Positions 1-12,885 are shown, counted from the first letter of the whole stretch. The stretch is 63,271 bases of DNA, filler included, from Octopus bimaculoides (GCF_001194135.2; 8 parts of 8 records of this genome joined end to end with filler, not necessarily neighbours in it), one strand, 5' to 3'. Translations and numbers: made by a program. The notes: generated by a model not told the origin, from the sequence alone.

Positions 1-92
1 CAAGTTGAGCACTGGGGGTCGATGTATTCGACTCATCCCCTACCCCGAAATTACTGGCCTTGTTCCAAAATTTGAAATCATCATCATCATCA

Positions 93-138
<46 letters not shown>

Positions 139-345
139 GGCGGTGAGCTGACACAATCGTTAGCACGACGGGCAAACTGCTTAGCGGCACTTCGTCCGTC
201 CTTACGTTCTGAGTTCAAATTCCGCCGCGGTCGACTCCATCCTTTCGGGGTTGCTATAATAAATACCAGTTGAGCACTGGGGTCGATGTAATCGACTCCT
301 CCCTTCCCTCAAAATTTCAGGTCTTGTGCCTTTGTAGAAAGGATT
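1..345 (+). mobile_element. SINE family A (3' fragment 1-80 and near-full copy 138-345)
   Basis: Head AGGCGGTGAGCTG..AATCGTTAGCAC, body GAGTTCAAATTCCGCC..GGGGTCGATGTAATCGACT and (ATT)n tails. The same sequence recurs near 8225, 8490, 31585, 54490 and 57605. Confidence 0.75.
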
Positions 346-392
346 ATTTATTTTATTTATTCATTTATTTATTTATTCATTTATTTTTGCAG

Positions 393-622
393 GGCCCTGT
401 CATCCGTGGTGGCGTTCGGAGCAAACATTATTTGTAATAAAATTCCTGATTTGGTGCCAAAACAACGCTCCATTTGCCAAAGAAGACCCGATGCTATTGT
501 AGTTGTTGGTGAAGGGGTTAAACTCGGTGTTCAAGAATGCCGCTATCAATTTCGAAACATGCGCTGGAATTGTACGCACATAAGCTCCCGGAATTCTCTG
601 TTTGCGCACGTACACCTAGTAC
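393..622 (+). CDS. Wnt7: Wnt7 internal coding exon (exon 2 equivalent)
   Basis: Acceptor ttatttttgcAG at 391-392 and donor GTAAGT at 623-628. The frame from 394 reads [60 protein letters not shown], matching the recalled Wnt7 segment ALSSVVALGASIICNKIPGL..RQRAICQSRPDAIIVIGEG..ECQ.QFR..RWNC. Intron phases (2 upstream, 1 downstream) match those recalled for vertebrate Wnt7. Confidence 0.9.
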
Positions 623-1003
623 GTAAGTAGTGCTATGATTCATTCAGTTCTTTTCAGATCATTTTCCTGCCTGTTGTTGTTTTAAATTTTTTTTTATTCA
701 ATAGCGTATACTTTTGGGAAATATTTGAGTAGCATTAATTAATGATACAATGCGAATATAACGTCTAACAGTGATGCACACACATTAAACGATAGATTTG
801 CATTTTATGTACGCAAATATGTACTGTTCACTTTTGGTTTACAGTCGTATACACAAACGCACGTGCACACCTCCGTTGCAGTTAATTTCGATAAATGTTG
901 ATGGGTTTACATTTTATTTTTTAATCCCGCCGGAAAGCTAGTGTGTATTACTAATCAAGACTCAAACATAAACGGTATTATTACAAAATACTTAGTCTAC
1001 GAA

Positions 1004-1038
<35 letters not shown>

Positions 1039-1251
1039 ATAGAGTTCTGTAATGCCCCCATCAACGAAATTCCATTCGGGCCGCATTGGTGAGCGAAACA
1101 TCTGTGGTAGGAGAAACGTAACATGGCTAAAGTTTTCTGTACTAGAATCGAGTTCCATACCAACCTCTTAAACATACATCTATGTATGTGTCCATTACAA
1201 ACTTGCTAAGACTGTGATAACATAAATATTTTATCTCCCCAAATTGCCTGA

Positions 1252-1351
1252 NNNNNNNNNNNNNNNNNNNNNNNNNNNNNNNNNNNNNNNNNNNNTTAAT
1301 TAATTAANNNNNNNNNNNNNNNNNNNNNNNNNNNNNNNNNNNNNNNNNNNN
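1252..1351. other. Assembly gap marker (44 N + TTAATTAATTAA + 44 N); also near 9836, 17940, 23724, 24910, 49987 and 60771
   Basis: An identical 12-mer centred in fixed 100-base N blocks, seven times. Confidence 0.95.
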
Positions 1352-1393
<42 letters not shown>

Positions 1394-1479
1394 ATATGTA
1401 CATATGTGTGTATGTGTGTACATTTGTATGTATGTATTCTGCATATTCATGTGTTTGCATGTCCATGTTTGTGTGTTTT

Positions 1480-1516
<37 letters not shown>

Positions 1517-2990
1517 CACTGTCTCCTTGTGTGCGCATGTGTGTGTATGGGTTTTTTGCAACTATGCACTTTGTATGTATGGATATATATCTCCATATGT
1601 GCGGACGTGTGTCTCCATATGTGACCTTGTGTGAATATAGTGTGTGTGTATATATGGTCATGAGTTTCAGTCTTCATTTGTGTATGTGTGTGTATGTGTG
1701 CTTGTCTGTTCACATAACCTATCGGTCTGTGTGTCAATCTTTTCACTTTCATATCCATATGCTTACATACATATGCATATACATACACCCACACACACGC
1801 ACACATACATACATCTATCTACATAACAGCCCACTAACTATTCTACTCTACCTGTATACAGCGCGGGTATGGGGGTATTATATCTACTGCGTATATTTCC
1901 TACTTAGTATTGGGGAAGTTTCATTTATGAGGACGTATTCCTGTATTTGNNNNNNNNNNNNNNNNNNNNNNNNNNNNNNNNNNNNNNNNNNNNNNNNNNN
2001 NNNNNNNNNNNNNNNNNNNNNNNNNNNNNNNNNNNNNNNNNNNNNNNNNNNNNNNNNNNNNNNNNNNNNNNNNNNNNNNNNNNNNNNNNNNNNNNNNNNN
2101 NNNNNNNNNNNNNNNNNNNNNNNNNNNNNNNNNNNNNNNNNNNNNNNNNNNNNNNNNNNNNNNNNNNNNNNNNNNNNNNNNNNNNNNNNNNNNNNNNNNN
2201 NNNNNNNNNNNNNNNNNNNNNNNNNNNNNNNNNNNNNAGCATGGAGGCAACCTGGGTCAACTTGACATCCGCATCTTATCCAAGCACCCAAAGGACCCAA
2301 CACTCAGACAAATACGGGAATACGTCCTCATAAATGAAACTTCCCCAATACTAAGTAGGAAATATACGCAGTAGATATAATACCCCCATACCCGCGCTCT
2401 ATACAGGTAGAGTAGAATAGTTAGTGGGCTGTTATGTAGATAGATGTATGTATGTGTGCGTGTGTGTGGGTGTATGTATATGCATATGTATGTAAGCATA
2501 TGGATATGAAAGTGAAAAGATTGACACACAGACCGATAGGTTATGTGAACAGACAAGCACACATACACACACATACACAAATGAAGGTCACATATGGAGA
2601 CACACGTCCGCACATATGGAAATATATATCCATACTTACAAGCAAAGTACATAGTTGCAAACAAATCCATACACACACTCAGACATGCATACACAAGGAG
2701 ACAGAGATAAACACACACACGAAAACTCGCAAACACACACACACACACACACACACACGCGCAAACATACACACACATATAAACACACACACACACATAC
2801 AAACACACATACATAAGAAAACATACAAACACGGACCCGCAAACACATGAATATGCAGAATACATACATACAAACGTACACACATACATAAATATATACA
2901 TATGCACACACACACATACATGCATATACACATGCATGCATACATACATACATGTGTATGCACGCACACACACTCACCCACACACATGCA
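1352..2990. repeat. About 600-bp inverted duplication (arms 1352-1949 and 2309-2990) flanking an N gap
   Basis: The non-microsatellite core (about 1690-1949) is the reverse complement of about 2309-2575 with only a few substitutions. Confidence 0.85.
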
Positions 2991-3487
2991 CACAAGCAAA
3001 AAAGAACGCAGTGTGAATTCAGTGTGAATCCAGAACGCAGTGTGAAGCCAGAGTCAACAACGATTGAAAAGGTTGCCAGACGCAACGAAAATTTTAGAAA
3101 AACGAAGGAGGAAACGAGTGGAATAAGGCACTAAAAGAGAATGACTCTCCCCATACGCAACAGAATATGCTTTAACACACAAACTCATATAAAGAATCTT
3201 GCAAACCAAATATATATATATATACATACGCACACACATACAAATATATATGTGCAAAATCGTGCGTAATTTTTTGTAATTTTGCAGTCTCAACTGACTG
3301 TCAATCAATAAAATTAAACTATTTGTTTTTTTTTTTTTACTTCTGTTGCGTTTTATGGTTTTGTTGCATTTGGTTTTGATTACTTTATTGTATTATTTCG
3401 AACAAATCCATGAGCTTGGAAATCAATTTTTAAATAATAAGGGACGAAAAAATATTGAAATAGAATTTAAAGTTCAAATTAGCAAAA

Positions 3488-6400
3488 TTATTTTTTTCCT
3501 GTTGATAAAGGATTTGAGGAATTCTTTTCGTGATTATTAACGTGCTGTTTGAAACACAGCGTATTGGAGAACTCTTTACCACAATATTTACATTTATATG
3601 GTTTCTCACCTGTATGCGTTCGAATATGAGACTTCAGATATGTACTGCTACAAAAGGCTTTTGAACAGTATGTACAACTATATGGTCGTTCGCCTGTGTG
3701 AATTCGAAGATGCCGGCGCATATTTGAACTATTTGAAAATGTCTTATTACAGTAAGTGCATCGATGTGGGTTTTCGCCAGTATGAGTTCGTTTATGAATT
3801 CGCAAAGAAAACTTACTAGCAAAGGACTTATTGCAGATATTACAACTATAAGGACATTCTCCAGTGTGAGTCCGTTGATGTCCTTGAATACCTGACAGAC
3901 TGGAAAAAAACTTGCCACATTTATAGCACTGATGTCTCTTTTCTCCTGTATGAGTTCTCACATGACTAGTCATGTTGGAACTACACAGGAACTTTTTCTT
4001 ACAGATCTTACAGCTATATGGATAATCTTTTGTGTGTGTTCTGATGTGAACTTTTAAAGAAAAATTGGTAACAAATCTTTTAGCACAATGAACACATTGG
4101 AACGGTTTCTCGCCTGTATGAGTCATGATATGATTTTTCAAGTTGTTCTTGCAGGCAAATATATTGCCACATATATCGCATTGGAATGGATGCTCACCTG
4201 TATGAGTTTTGAAATGCAAGCTCATATATACATTATCAATGAAAGACAGACCACACTGCTTACAAATTGATAAATTATTGCCAGAATGCTTTTTTGCATG
4301 AAGATGTCTATGGAAGGCAGTGACTGTTGTAAAACATTTATGGCATTCTTCACAGGTATAAGGTTTTTCTTTAGAGTGTAATAGAGAATGTCGCAAATAC
4401 CTTGGTTTGGACGAAAATTTTAAGTCACAATGCAGGCATAAATAAGGAGAATTGGCTGGGTGAGACTTCAAATGTTCCTTCAATAATTTCGTTGTTGGGA
4501 ATATTTTATTACAATAAACACATTGTAAAGATGAATTTTCAGAATTTGTCATATTTGGAAAGTTTGTTTGTGAGTCCGACATCATTCCTTCAGCTGTTAG
4601 TTTGCTAGTGTTACTCAAAGAAGTAGTTTCTGTTGCGTTAGTTTGTGTATCATGGAGTGTTGTTTGATATGTTTCCTCCTCTTCTACATCTTTACTATAT
4701 CCACACGAGTCCAATGCCATAGTGACTGCTTTTGTGGCTTGTTCTCTGTTTATAATGTTTGTTGTACCTTCATTTGTTGTGAAATCATCCGCAACGTTTA
4801 TTCCTTTGTTAACCTCTGGTGCACATCCCTTATTAGGAAGCATTAGAAGTGGAGCCTTCCAGATCGTTGTTGTTTGTGGAACAGTATTCTGGATCATTTC
4901 AATGGAATTGAATTGTTTTGGACCACCATCCGGAGTCATGTTGTTAGTTTTTTCTTCTTGTGCACTATGCATAACAGACACTGGAATACTTTCAGTATTA
5001 CTGGAAGTAGTTTTGTTATGTATATATTCTTTGTTTTTCAGATTTAACATATATTTGTTTTGCTCTGTTATGCTAATATTTTCAGGTTCAGAGATATTTT
5101 TTTCTGAACATTCATTGTTTGCATTCATTGAAGAATGAGTCGACTTAAAATATACCTCTTTTGAATGCATTTCTGATGCTATATTTCTTAGTTCTCCAGT
5201 CTCTGTATATTTCTGATTTGCTTGCAGATGGTGGTTTGGCTGTGTAGGTTTTGGGTTGTGCACAGCATTATTTACAATGGCGTTTAGTGAAGTATTTTCG
5301 TTTACGCTGCAATAGTTGTCTGCCGAATGTACTGTATGGCGTTCTTTTGTACCCCTGTCTACATTAACTGTATGAAAACCTCGATGAATATCTCGATTCA
5401 AACTCTTCTGCGAAAGAGTTATAGCTGATTCTGGAACTTTATCTAATATTTCTTTATGGCAATTTTCGTTGCAATTGATAATATGCTTATTCGGATGTGC
5501 CTCCATTCCATTTTGCCAATAATTCATTTTATATTTCATGAAATCACACGAACCGTAATGGGAGTCTACGGTCTTATATGCATTTTGTGACAGTGATGGT
5601 TCACTGTTTTTTAAGCTTTCATAGTTATTACATTTACTGGATTTTGCTTCTAAATTAAAATTTCTTGAATGGTTGAAATTAAAACTGGAATTTGGTGAAT
5701 GATGTTTTCGAATATATCTTTCATTTTCTTTCATATTTGATGCTTCTGAATGAGTGCGGTGTAGTTCATTGTACATTAAGGAGACTCTAAAGGCATTTTC
5801 ATGACCTGTGCATGCACCAAAATCGACAGCTCTGGACGAAGAATATTCATTAGAAGTTCTGCCTTTATTGCTCCAAGAATAGTTTGACGGTGAGTAATGC
5901 TTGCCGTCAAACGTATTCTTGCCCAGTGCTGATTGCAAACTACTATCTGGAGTCTCGTTTGCAAAACTTTTATGCATATTATCACTTCCATTAGATGGGG
6001 ACATATTTGCTTCCTTCAATCCTTGTTGCCAGCGATTGATACTTGCAGGTAAATCGGAAATACTCGGAGATTTCTGTGTTACGTTTCCATCAGAAGCGTA
6101 AGATAAAGATTCATTGCCTTCATTCTGTCGTGTAGTCAATAACAAATTAGCCGGCCTAGTATTTGAGTAGGGTATCTCATGACAATTACATATTTTACAA
6201 TTATTACAATAATCTTCCACATAATTGTTCTCTTTCAACAGTTCATCTTCGCTATTTCGAATATTGGGAACGATTAAATTTACTGGTTCTTCTGTATCAC
6301 ACTCCGTTCTTGCTTCCCGAAGTAAATCAATTGTTTTCGCCATTGTTAACATTCTCTCCTCTTTCTTTTTATTACTACTTTCACTAGGTTTACTCTTTGT

Positions 6401-7147
6401 CTCATTCGTTTGCCTTAAATACGTTGGAGATGAATTATGGATAGTCCTGTGACTTAAATTTTCTCTATCGTTGTAATTATTATTTCTATTGTTGTTGTTA
6501 TTGTTGTTCACCGGTATTTCGTTACAGGCTTTAGACTTACTATCATTTGAATATAGTTTCTTGTTATTTCGTTGTTTATCATCGGTGTTATTGCTATCGC
6601 TTCTTCTGGGCACGGAATCCGGTGATTCTTCATTCAAAAATGGCCTCCAGAAATGTTTGGGGCGTGTTTCTGAAACTTTGTTTGATTGAATCATGCGTGG
6701 TCGTTTTATAATGCCATTATTATGAACGGGGGAAAGCGATGTCAGGTGGCATTTATTGCTCTGGTATATCGTACTTTTTGTAGCATTATTATATATTTCA
6801 TTATCACTTAAAGGAACAAAAGAAGGACACGCGTTATAATAAGGATTACACATAGAAGAGTATTCAATTATATTACTGTCCGGTAAACGCCGTATATGAG
6901 TCGAATTTAAAATAGGGGAGTATGGAATCATATTTGTATTAAAATATAAAGGACCCATAATATCATAGTGGCTTGGAGATGTAAACATTTCTGATTGATA
7001 TGGTGAATGTATATGCGTTTCTTTATTTTGCTGATTGAATGACAAGTCTCTCCTGAAAATGTAGCTATTTTCGTTAACATTTGCCGCCTGTGGGTTTGTA
7101 AATTCAGAAGGTTCAACTGGGCTTCGATAAACAACTTTAGGCTCCAT
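3488..7147 (-). CDS. C2H2 zinc-finger protein, 1219 aa, single coding exon, long Asn/Ser-rich N-terminus plus 12 C-terminal fingers
   Basis: Uninterrupted 3.66-kb ORF. Twelve CxxC..HxxxH-type fingers from about 4528 to 3530, most joined by TGE(K/H/R/N/C)P-type linkers. Candidate AATAAA on the minus strand at 3389-3384. Confidence 0.95.
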   Translation of the reverse strand: MEPKVVYRSPVEPSEFTNPQAANVNENSYIFRRDLSFNQQNKETHIHSPYQSEMFTSPSHYDIMGPLYFNTNMIPYSPILNSTHIRRLPDSNIIEYSSMCNPYYNACPSFVPLSDNEIYNNATKSTIYQSNKCHLTSLSPVHNNGIIKRPRMIQSNKVSETRPKHFWRPFLNEESPDSVPRRSDSNNTDDKQRNNKKLYSNDSKSKACNEIPVNNNNNNNRNNNYNDRENLSHRTIHNSSPTYLRQTNETKSKPSESSNKKKEERMLTMAKTIDLLREARTECDTEEPVNLIVPNIRNSEDELLKENNYVEDYCNNCKICNCHEIPYSNTRPANLLLTTRQNEGNESLSYASDGNVTQKSPSISDLPASINRWQQGLKEANMSPSNGSDNMHKSFANETPDSSLQSALGKNTFDGKHYSPSNYSWSNKGRTSNEYSSSRAVDFGACTGHENAFRVSLMYNELHRTHSEASNMKENERYIRKHHSPNSSFNFNHSRNFNLEAKSSKCNNYESLKNSEPSLSQNAYKTVDSHYGSCDFMKYKMNYWQNGMEAHPNKHIINCNENCHKEILDKVPESAITLSQKSLNRDIHRGFHTVNVDRGTKERHTVHSADNYCSVNENTSLNAIVNNAVHNPKPTQPNHHLQANQKYTETGELRNIASEMHSKEVYFKSTHSSMNANNECSEKNISEPENISITEQNKYMLNLKNKEYIHNKTTSSNTESIPVSVMHSAQEEKTNNMTPDGGPKQFNSIEMIQNTVPQTTTIWKAPLLMLPNKGCAPEVNKGINVADDFTTNEGTTNIINREQATKAVTMALDSCGYSKDVEEEETYQTTLHDTQTNATETTSLSNTSKLTAEGMMSDSQTNFPNMTNSENSSLQCVYCNKIFPTTKLLKEHLKSHPANSPYLCLHCDLKFSSKPRYLRHSLLHSKEKPYTCEECHKCFTTVTAFHRHLHAKKHSGNNLSICKQCGLSFIDNVYMSLHFKTHTGEHPFQCDICGNIFACKNNLKNHIMTHTGEKPFQCVHCAKRFVTNFSLKVHIRTHTKDYPYSCKICKKKFLCSSNMTSHVRTHTGEKRHQCYKCGKFFSSLSGIQGHQRTHTGECPYSCNICNKSFASKFSLRIHKRTHTGENPHRCTYCNKTFSNSSNMRRHLRIHTGERPYSCTYCSKAFCSSTYLKSHIRTHTGEKPYKCKYCGKEFSNTLCFKQHVNNHEKNSSNPLSTGKK

Positions 7148-7339
7148 CAGTTAGCAACTATTTAAATGGAATGTAATTTGTGAGGACAAAATGAAGAGTT
7201 ACTGCATCGTTGACAAATTAAGATATTCCTTTTATTTGTATCAATATTTTCTGACAGTTGTATCTACAAACGTCTTCACAGTAATATATTTCTTTTCAGT
7301 GCAAGATACAGAAAAGAAACGTTGGCGAATCAGCTACAC
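7148..7339 (-). other. 5' UTR part of the ZNF coding exon (splice acceptor at 7340)
   Basis: Minus strand reads tttttatatcttaaatttCAG|G at 7342-7339, about 190 nt upstream of the ATG. Confidence 0.45.
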
Positions 7340-7823
7340 CTGAAATTTAAGATATAAAAATATATCACTTTAAATGCATATCTCAGTTTTTATAAACAGT
7401 AATTTTAACTACTAAACAAAAAATACACATCAATTAGTGGTATATTACTTAAAATATGAGTTAATATTAATTGGAATACGATTATAAGTATGAATATGAA
7501 TTCACAACTGTAAATTATCCCAAAGTTTTCGATATTTCTTATGTGGAAAGTCATCAGGGAGTTAACTAGTGTTGTAATTACGAGTTTGTAAATTATGTTT
7601 AAAGAACGAGTTAGAAGTAGAGAGATTTTTTATTATAATGAATCCTTACAGTGGAAGTAAAGAGCTTACGGTCCACGCATTCTTGAAGAATATTCTGAAC
7701 GTTAAAAGATCGAGTTATTATAATGATGTATTACTAGATGAAAAAAAATGTAGATTTCAAATTTATTCTTTTAGGTTTTAGTAAGCGTACTGAATTACTT
7801 AGTAAGATAAGCAGAATGCTTAC

Positions 7824-8090
7824 CTAAAGAGAAATAATTTTCAAGGTCTGGTAGTATGTCTTGCATTCGGAACCGTGGTAAAATGCTTTAGAGGCAGTTT
7901 TGAAAACATTCATTAACAGTTTAATAATAACGTTATTTGCCAGTGGTAAATTCTTTTCCATGGCTGGCTGAAGAGCCATTGTAGAAAATAAAGGATCTTG
8001 GGATTCGACAAATATCTCAGCAAAACTCTAAAATAAAATCAGATCTCCAATATCCAAACCCATAAATTTTGGAAAATCATTGGACTTGAC
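7824..8090 (-). other. Putative upstream exon of the ZNF gene containing a 51-aa uORF
   Basis: Minus-strand acceptor ttttaCAG (8093-8091) and donor AG|GTAAGC (7823). ORF 7979-7824 (MALQPAMEKNLPL...TLKIISL*) stops exactly at the donor. Confidence 0.3.
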
Positions 8091-8224
8091 CTGTAAAACT
8101 GCAGATTTTTCTATAATAGGATCAGAGGTGGAATTGTAAGGATTCAAAATATGTTCGATGAGAAAAACACAGAAATCTACAAACTCTCGATGTAAACTTT
8201 CCCGAGATTTGGTTGAGAAACCGA

Positions 8225-8600
8225 TCGTTGTTCTGACGAAATGTCGCCAATCATTTTGCCCGGCGTGCTAACGATCCTGCCAGTTCGTCGCTCTTTTTAT
8301 TAGTAATAAATATTGGTTTCAAATGTTCGCACAAGGCCAGCAGTTCCAAGGTAAGGGGTGAGTCAATTACATTTTGGCCGACGTGCTAACGATTTTGCTG
8401 TCTCACCGCCTTAAAATCAATAATAAATATTACCGACAAGTATATGGTTTCACTATAAACTTTTACCTATTTTTATTTCAAATACTGCCGGGCTCAACTT
8501 TTGCCTTTCGTCCTTTTGCGGTCTACCAGTACGGTCGATATAATCGACTTGATCCCTCTCCCAAAATTGCTGCCCGTGGGCCAAAATTTGAAACCATTAT
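8225..8600. mobile_element. SINE family A fragments (head on -, tail on +)
   Basis: Reverse complement of GGCAGGATCGTTAGCACGCCGGGCAAAAT at about 8250-8290; GGTCGATATAATCGACTT..CCAAAATTTGAAACC at about 8535-8596. Confidence 0.6.
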
Positions 8601-9204
8601 TTCTAATATTGTTTGTCCATTACTCTTTCCAGAAGGAATCCGATTCCAAACATTCTCTGTGTCGTTGCGTCTTATCTCTGTCTTATTATTTCAGGTGCTC
8701 TTTATGCGGGTCCCAGTTTCTTCCGACGTGTCTCGTATATATTATTATAACGTTTATGAAAGACGAAAAACAAACATTAAGTATATCTCTTGAAGAAACT
8801 CACAGGTACGAGGTATCGAAATATTGATTCCGGAGTCTTATACTTTCCTCTTTGGCCAAGCCAACATTGACTTTTAAAAGGTCAACTTGAAATCTAAGAT
8901 GAGAGTAGGCTGGTAGGCATTCTCCCTATACCTAATAAATCTGTTGGAATATACAGGAGAGAAGAGTAATTACCATGATCATTCTGGTGAGTAGCATGAC
9001 TTGAAATCTCTTGGCTCTCTCGGTTGCCACATGGTGGCGTTTCTCACTTACTAGAGATTTTGTTTTTATTAGAAAATGTTTTTCCTGTTATTATATTGTT
9101 TGCACAAGTTTATGTAAAGTTTCACACTTCTTTGTCTTTTCATTGTCCGAAATGTCTTTGTAATCCTTGTGGCCAATAATAATAATAATTATTATTATCA
9201 TCAT

Positions 9205-9365
9205 TGTTATTCTATTGTCTTTGCACAGCTTCTAACGCTAGTGATGTACTTCGGTGTCAGTTGTTCACTACCAGTGAACTAAGGTAACACCCCTTGTTTT
9301 TCGACCACCATCCGGAGTATTCGAGCGGTTCCAAGCAGTGGTGTTTTCTGCAAGTGCTTCACCCT
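9205..9365 (-). mobile_element. R4/Dong LINE 3' end fragment
   Basis: Similar to 13975-14090 (tttgcacagcttcta.cgct.g.gatgtact.cggtgtcag..ccggagtattcgagc.gttccaa); adjoins (TAA)/(TTA) repeats. Confidence 0.6.
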
Positions 9366-9449
9366 TATTGCAAACCTATTTGTTACGGTTTATATCATTT
9401 AGTGTTGATTAGAATTCCAAAAGTTTATCAATGGGCTCTTTCCAAATGA

Positions 9450-9566
9450 TAAAACAGTCATCCACGCATCTTAAACACATCAACATCGGTTGTCAGGCGA
9501 TGGTGGAGGAAGAAATACAGACAACACAAACACACACACACACACGCACACACACATACGTGCGCG

Positions 9567-9600
<34 letters not shown>

Positions 9601-9765
9601 TGCATATATATATATATATATATATACGACGAACTTCTTTCAGTTACCGTCTACCAAATCTACTCACAAGGAATTGGTCGGCCCGAGGCTTTAGTAGAAG
9701 ACACTTGCCCAAGGGACTGAACCCGGAACCATGTGGTTGGTAGCAAGCTACTTACCACACAGCCT
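9450..9765 (-). mobile_element. SINE family B with internal microsatellite
   Basis: Reverse complement of the family consensus seen at 48789-49190 (GCTGTGTGGTAAGTAGCTTGCT..ACCAACCACATGGTTCCGGGTTCAGTCCC). Confidence 0.75.
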
Positions 9766-10104
9766 CTCCCCCTCTCTCTCCCTCTCTCTCTNNNNNNNNN
9801 NNNNNNNNNNNNNNNNNNNNNNNNNNNNNNNNNNNTTAATTAATTAANNNNNNNNNNNNNNNNNNNNNNNNNNNNNNNNNNNNNNNNNNNNTTGTATATT
9901 ATAATTTTATGGTCTTCCAATTGTGTAGAAAATAGTTATTTATAAACAAATATCTCTCTTTCACTTTCTCTCTCTGTCTCTCTCTCCCACTCTCTCTCTC
10001 ACTCACCCTCTCTCTCTCCATCTTAACATGTGTATTTGTATGTATTTACATTCGAGGTACACCACATATAGATAACTCATTTCCATTAACACACACACAC
10101 ACAT

Positions 10105-10459
10105 ATATAGGCACTAGTGTAGTTGTCTGGTAAGAAGCTAGCTTCACAACCACATGGTTCCAGGTTCAGTCCCTCTGCATGCACCTTGGGCAAGTGTTTT
10201 CCACTATAACTTCGGGCCGACCAGAGTGGATTTGGTAGACGAAACTGAAAGAAGCTAGTCATATATACATATTTGTGTGTGTGCGTGTGTGTGTTTGTGT
10301 GCGTGTGCGCGCGCGCGTGTATGTTCTTTTCTGTCTGTGTTTGTCCTTCCCCCACACCCTGTTTGGTAAGTACTGGGGTCACCTCACTCGACTACAAATT
10401 CTTCAAGCTGGTGTCCAAGCATGGCCGCAATCTAATGACAGAAACAAGTAAAACATAAA

Positions 10460-10460
<1 letters not shown>
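10105..10460 (+). mobile_element. SINE family B
   Basis: TGGTAAGAAGCTAGCTTCACAACCACATGGTTCCAGGTTCAGTCCC..CCTTGGGCAAGTG..CAAGCATGGCCGCAATCTAATGACAGAAACAAG. Confidence 0.75.
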
Positions 10461-10509
<49 letters not shown>

Positions 10510-10573
10510 TTGTATATATATGTTTGTATATATATATACGTGTGTGTGTGTACATAAGTACCTACATACATAC

Positions 10574-10611
<38 letters not shown>

Positions 10612-10639
10612 TCAAGCACAAGCACAGATATGGCTGTGC

Positions 10640-10673
<34 letters not shown>

Positions 10674-12403
10674 AAGTATCACAGTGAATATAAATGCTAA
10701 TCCATGTACATATGTATGCTTACGTACGTATGTTTGTATATGCACACATGTGTGTGCGTGTGTTTACTTGTATATAATATTCGTACACATACACACACGC
10801 CCATGCAAACACGTTTTCTGTTTGATATTATTTTTCTCTCTTTCAGTATTATCTATTTAGGAAAGCCATTTTAAAATTAACGAACGATTTACAGATAATT
10901 GAACGTGTGGAAAAAATTCAAAGACAAATAAAGTGGTTTTGGAACAGTAGTCTCTTAAAATTGCTATGCTTTTAATATTGACTTAATGGTAGGTTTTAGT
11001 ATTTCCAAACACCCAATAGGCAGTAACTAGAAGCTTTACAATGCAACAAACAAAATGTAAAATACTATATCACCGGAAATGTTGCCAATAACGTTGAATT
11101 TAGAATGAAAATGCTGACACAAGTATAGTTTGCGGCTGAACGATTTTCTGTCTGATGATGCGATTATATTCTGCCAACTTATCTTCTGTGCCTTTGCAAT
11201 TAACTTAAGATCATATTGTTGATCGAATGGAGAGAGTGAGTGCGTGTGGGAGCACATGAGAGAGAAATTGAGATAGAAAGAATGAGAATGAGAGAGTTGG
11301 GGAAAGAGAAAGGTGGATGATGTTTTGTTTACTTTGCAATGACTGATCGCTAGTGGCGCCCATAAGGCTCAGATGAAAAACTACCTCGTTTGATTATCGG
11401 CTGCTCTCACAGAATAGCCAGTGATAATTCTATGGAATGCGATTGATGAATATATTTTGTAGTTGATCCCAGAGGCCTCATAGACTTACAGACTAAAGTC
11501 AAAAGATGGAGTCTGCATTATCTGTGTTTGCTCATGTTTGTCGGAAAGTAATGCCGTGCCATTCAATAACATTCATTGCCAACCTTATACTTCGGTAGAT
11601 GTTATAGTGATAAACCTATCGATCTCTGATCCTTTGCCTTACTGCTCTACTGATCCCCGCCAGGTGGAACCTGTGTCACGATCTTTGCTCTATGAAGCAA
11701 CTGGATAAATGAATATTTGTCACTAATATAAATGTAACTATTTCTGCCAAAACAAAACGATATCTACAATACATGTGTATGTATGTATGTCTCTGTGTGT
11801 GTGTATCAATATATGAGAAAGTAGAAACGAAAGCACTTTTATAATTTAAACAACTGCCGTACATAAAGTGCCGGAAACACGTGATAAAAATCATAACAGT
11901 AAAGAACGATAGGTTGTGAGACAGTGGTCATTTTTACAAAATTTCATTGGCAGCTAATTTTGTGTATTGTATTATAAATTAAGAAAGATGTATGTTTTGA
12001 AACTACTATTTTGAAAGTTGCGCTATTTTGTGAGAATATAATTGCTACTGTGTAATGGCCAGTTACACTTCTTAAATTCTTTGCTTTTTCAATCATCATT
12101 TTTATCTGTCATAAGCATGTATCATATTCAAAAATGCAGGCCTGCAATTTTCTCTTAAATTGCTTATCTTTGTTATTTAATTGTTTATTCACTCAGCTTA
12201 TAGTTGTCGTGGAAGGTTAGTTCAAACAAGAATGCTTCATTCATATTCCTCCTTTTAGAAATAGAGAAAAGGGCTAATACAACACAACTGTCTGTTTGTA
12301 AGTGAACGTGAAACTTTATTTTAATATCAATTCGAAACTCAAATCTGTCGGTTATACCTCATACGAAAAAAAAAAGGAAAGAAAAAATCGTACTATAGAC
12401 ACT

Positions 12404-12885
12404 GCCACGGCTGTGTGGTAAGAAGCTTGCTTCCCACCCACATAGTTCTTGGTTCAGTTTCACTGCGTGGAACCTTTGGCAAGTTTCTTCTACTATAGCC
12501 TCGGGTCGACAGAAGTTTTGTGAGTGTATTTGGCACACGGAAACTAAAAGGCTGTAGGAGAAGTCACTTGCCCAAGGTGCCACGTAGTAGGACTAAACCC
12601 AGAACCATGTGGTTGGGAAGCAAACTTCTTACCACATAGCTACGCTTCTATATATGTATATATCTTGAGTGTGTATCTTCGTATCTATGTTTGTCCACCA
12701 CCATTACCGCTTGACAACCGGTGCTGGTGTGTTTACAGTTCCGTAACCTTAGCGGTTCGACAAAAGTACTCGATAGAATAAGTACTAGGCTCAAAAAAAT
12801 AAGCTCTGGGATCGATTTGTTCGAATAAGACCTTTTACGGTGGTGTCCCAACATGGCTGCAGTCAAATGATAAAAGATAAAAGAT
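12404..12885. mobile_element. Composite SINE family B fragments (+, -, +)
   Basis: Head on + at 12404-12545, inverted head at 12560-12640, 3' part on + at 12690-12885. Confidence 0.65.

Noticed and set aside
1296-1307. Recurrent palindromic TTAATTAATTAA (seven copies)
   Set aside because: Always centred in fixed 44N+12+44N blocks; an assembly gap marker, not biology.
1304-3085. Many long ORFs rich in CV, HT, YI or X residues (also 20622-22548 and 55649-56946)
   Set aside because: Translations of (GT)n, (AC)n, (AT)n, (TATC)n microsatellites or N gaps.
3326-3389. AATAAA followed by A13 after the intronless ZNF ORF, suggesting a retrogene
   Set aside because: The spacing is 45 nt (too long), no TSD is visible, a plausible upstream acceptor exists, and single coding exons are common for C2H2 arrays.
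8775-8850. Hammerhead-like TTGAAGA...CGAAAT with flanking complementarity
   Set aside because: The C3 position is altered and no NUH triplet is in register with stem I; at best a decayed Penelope end.
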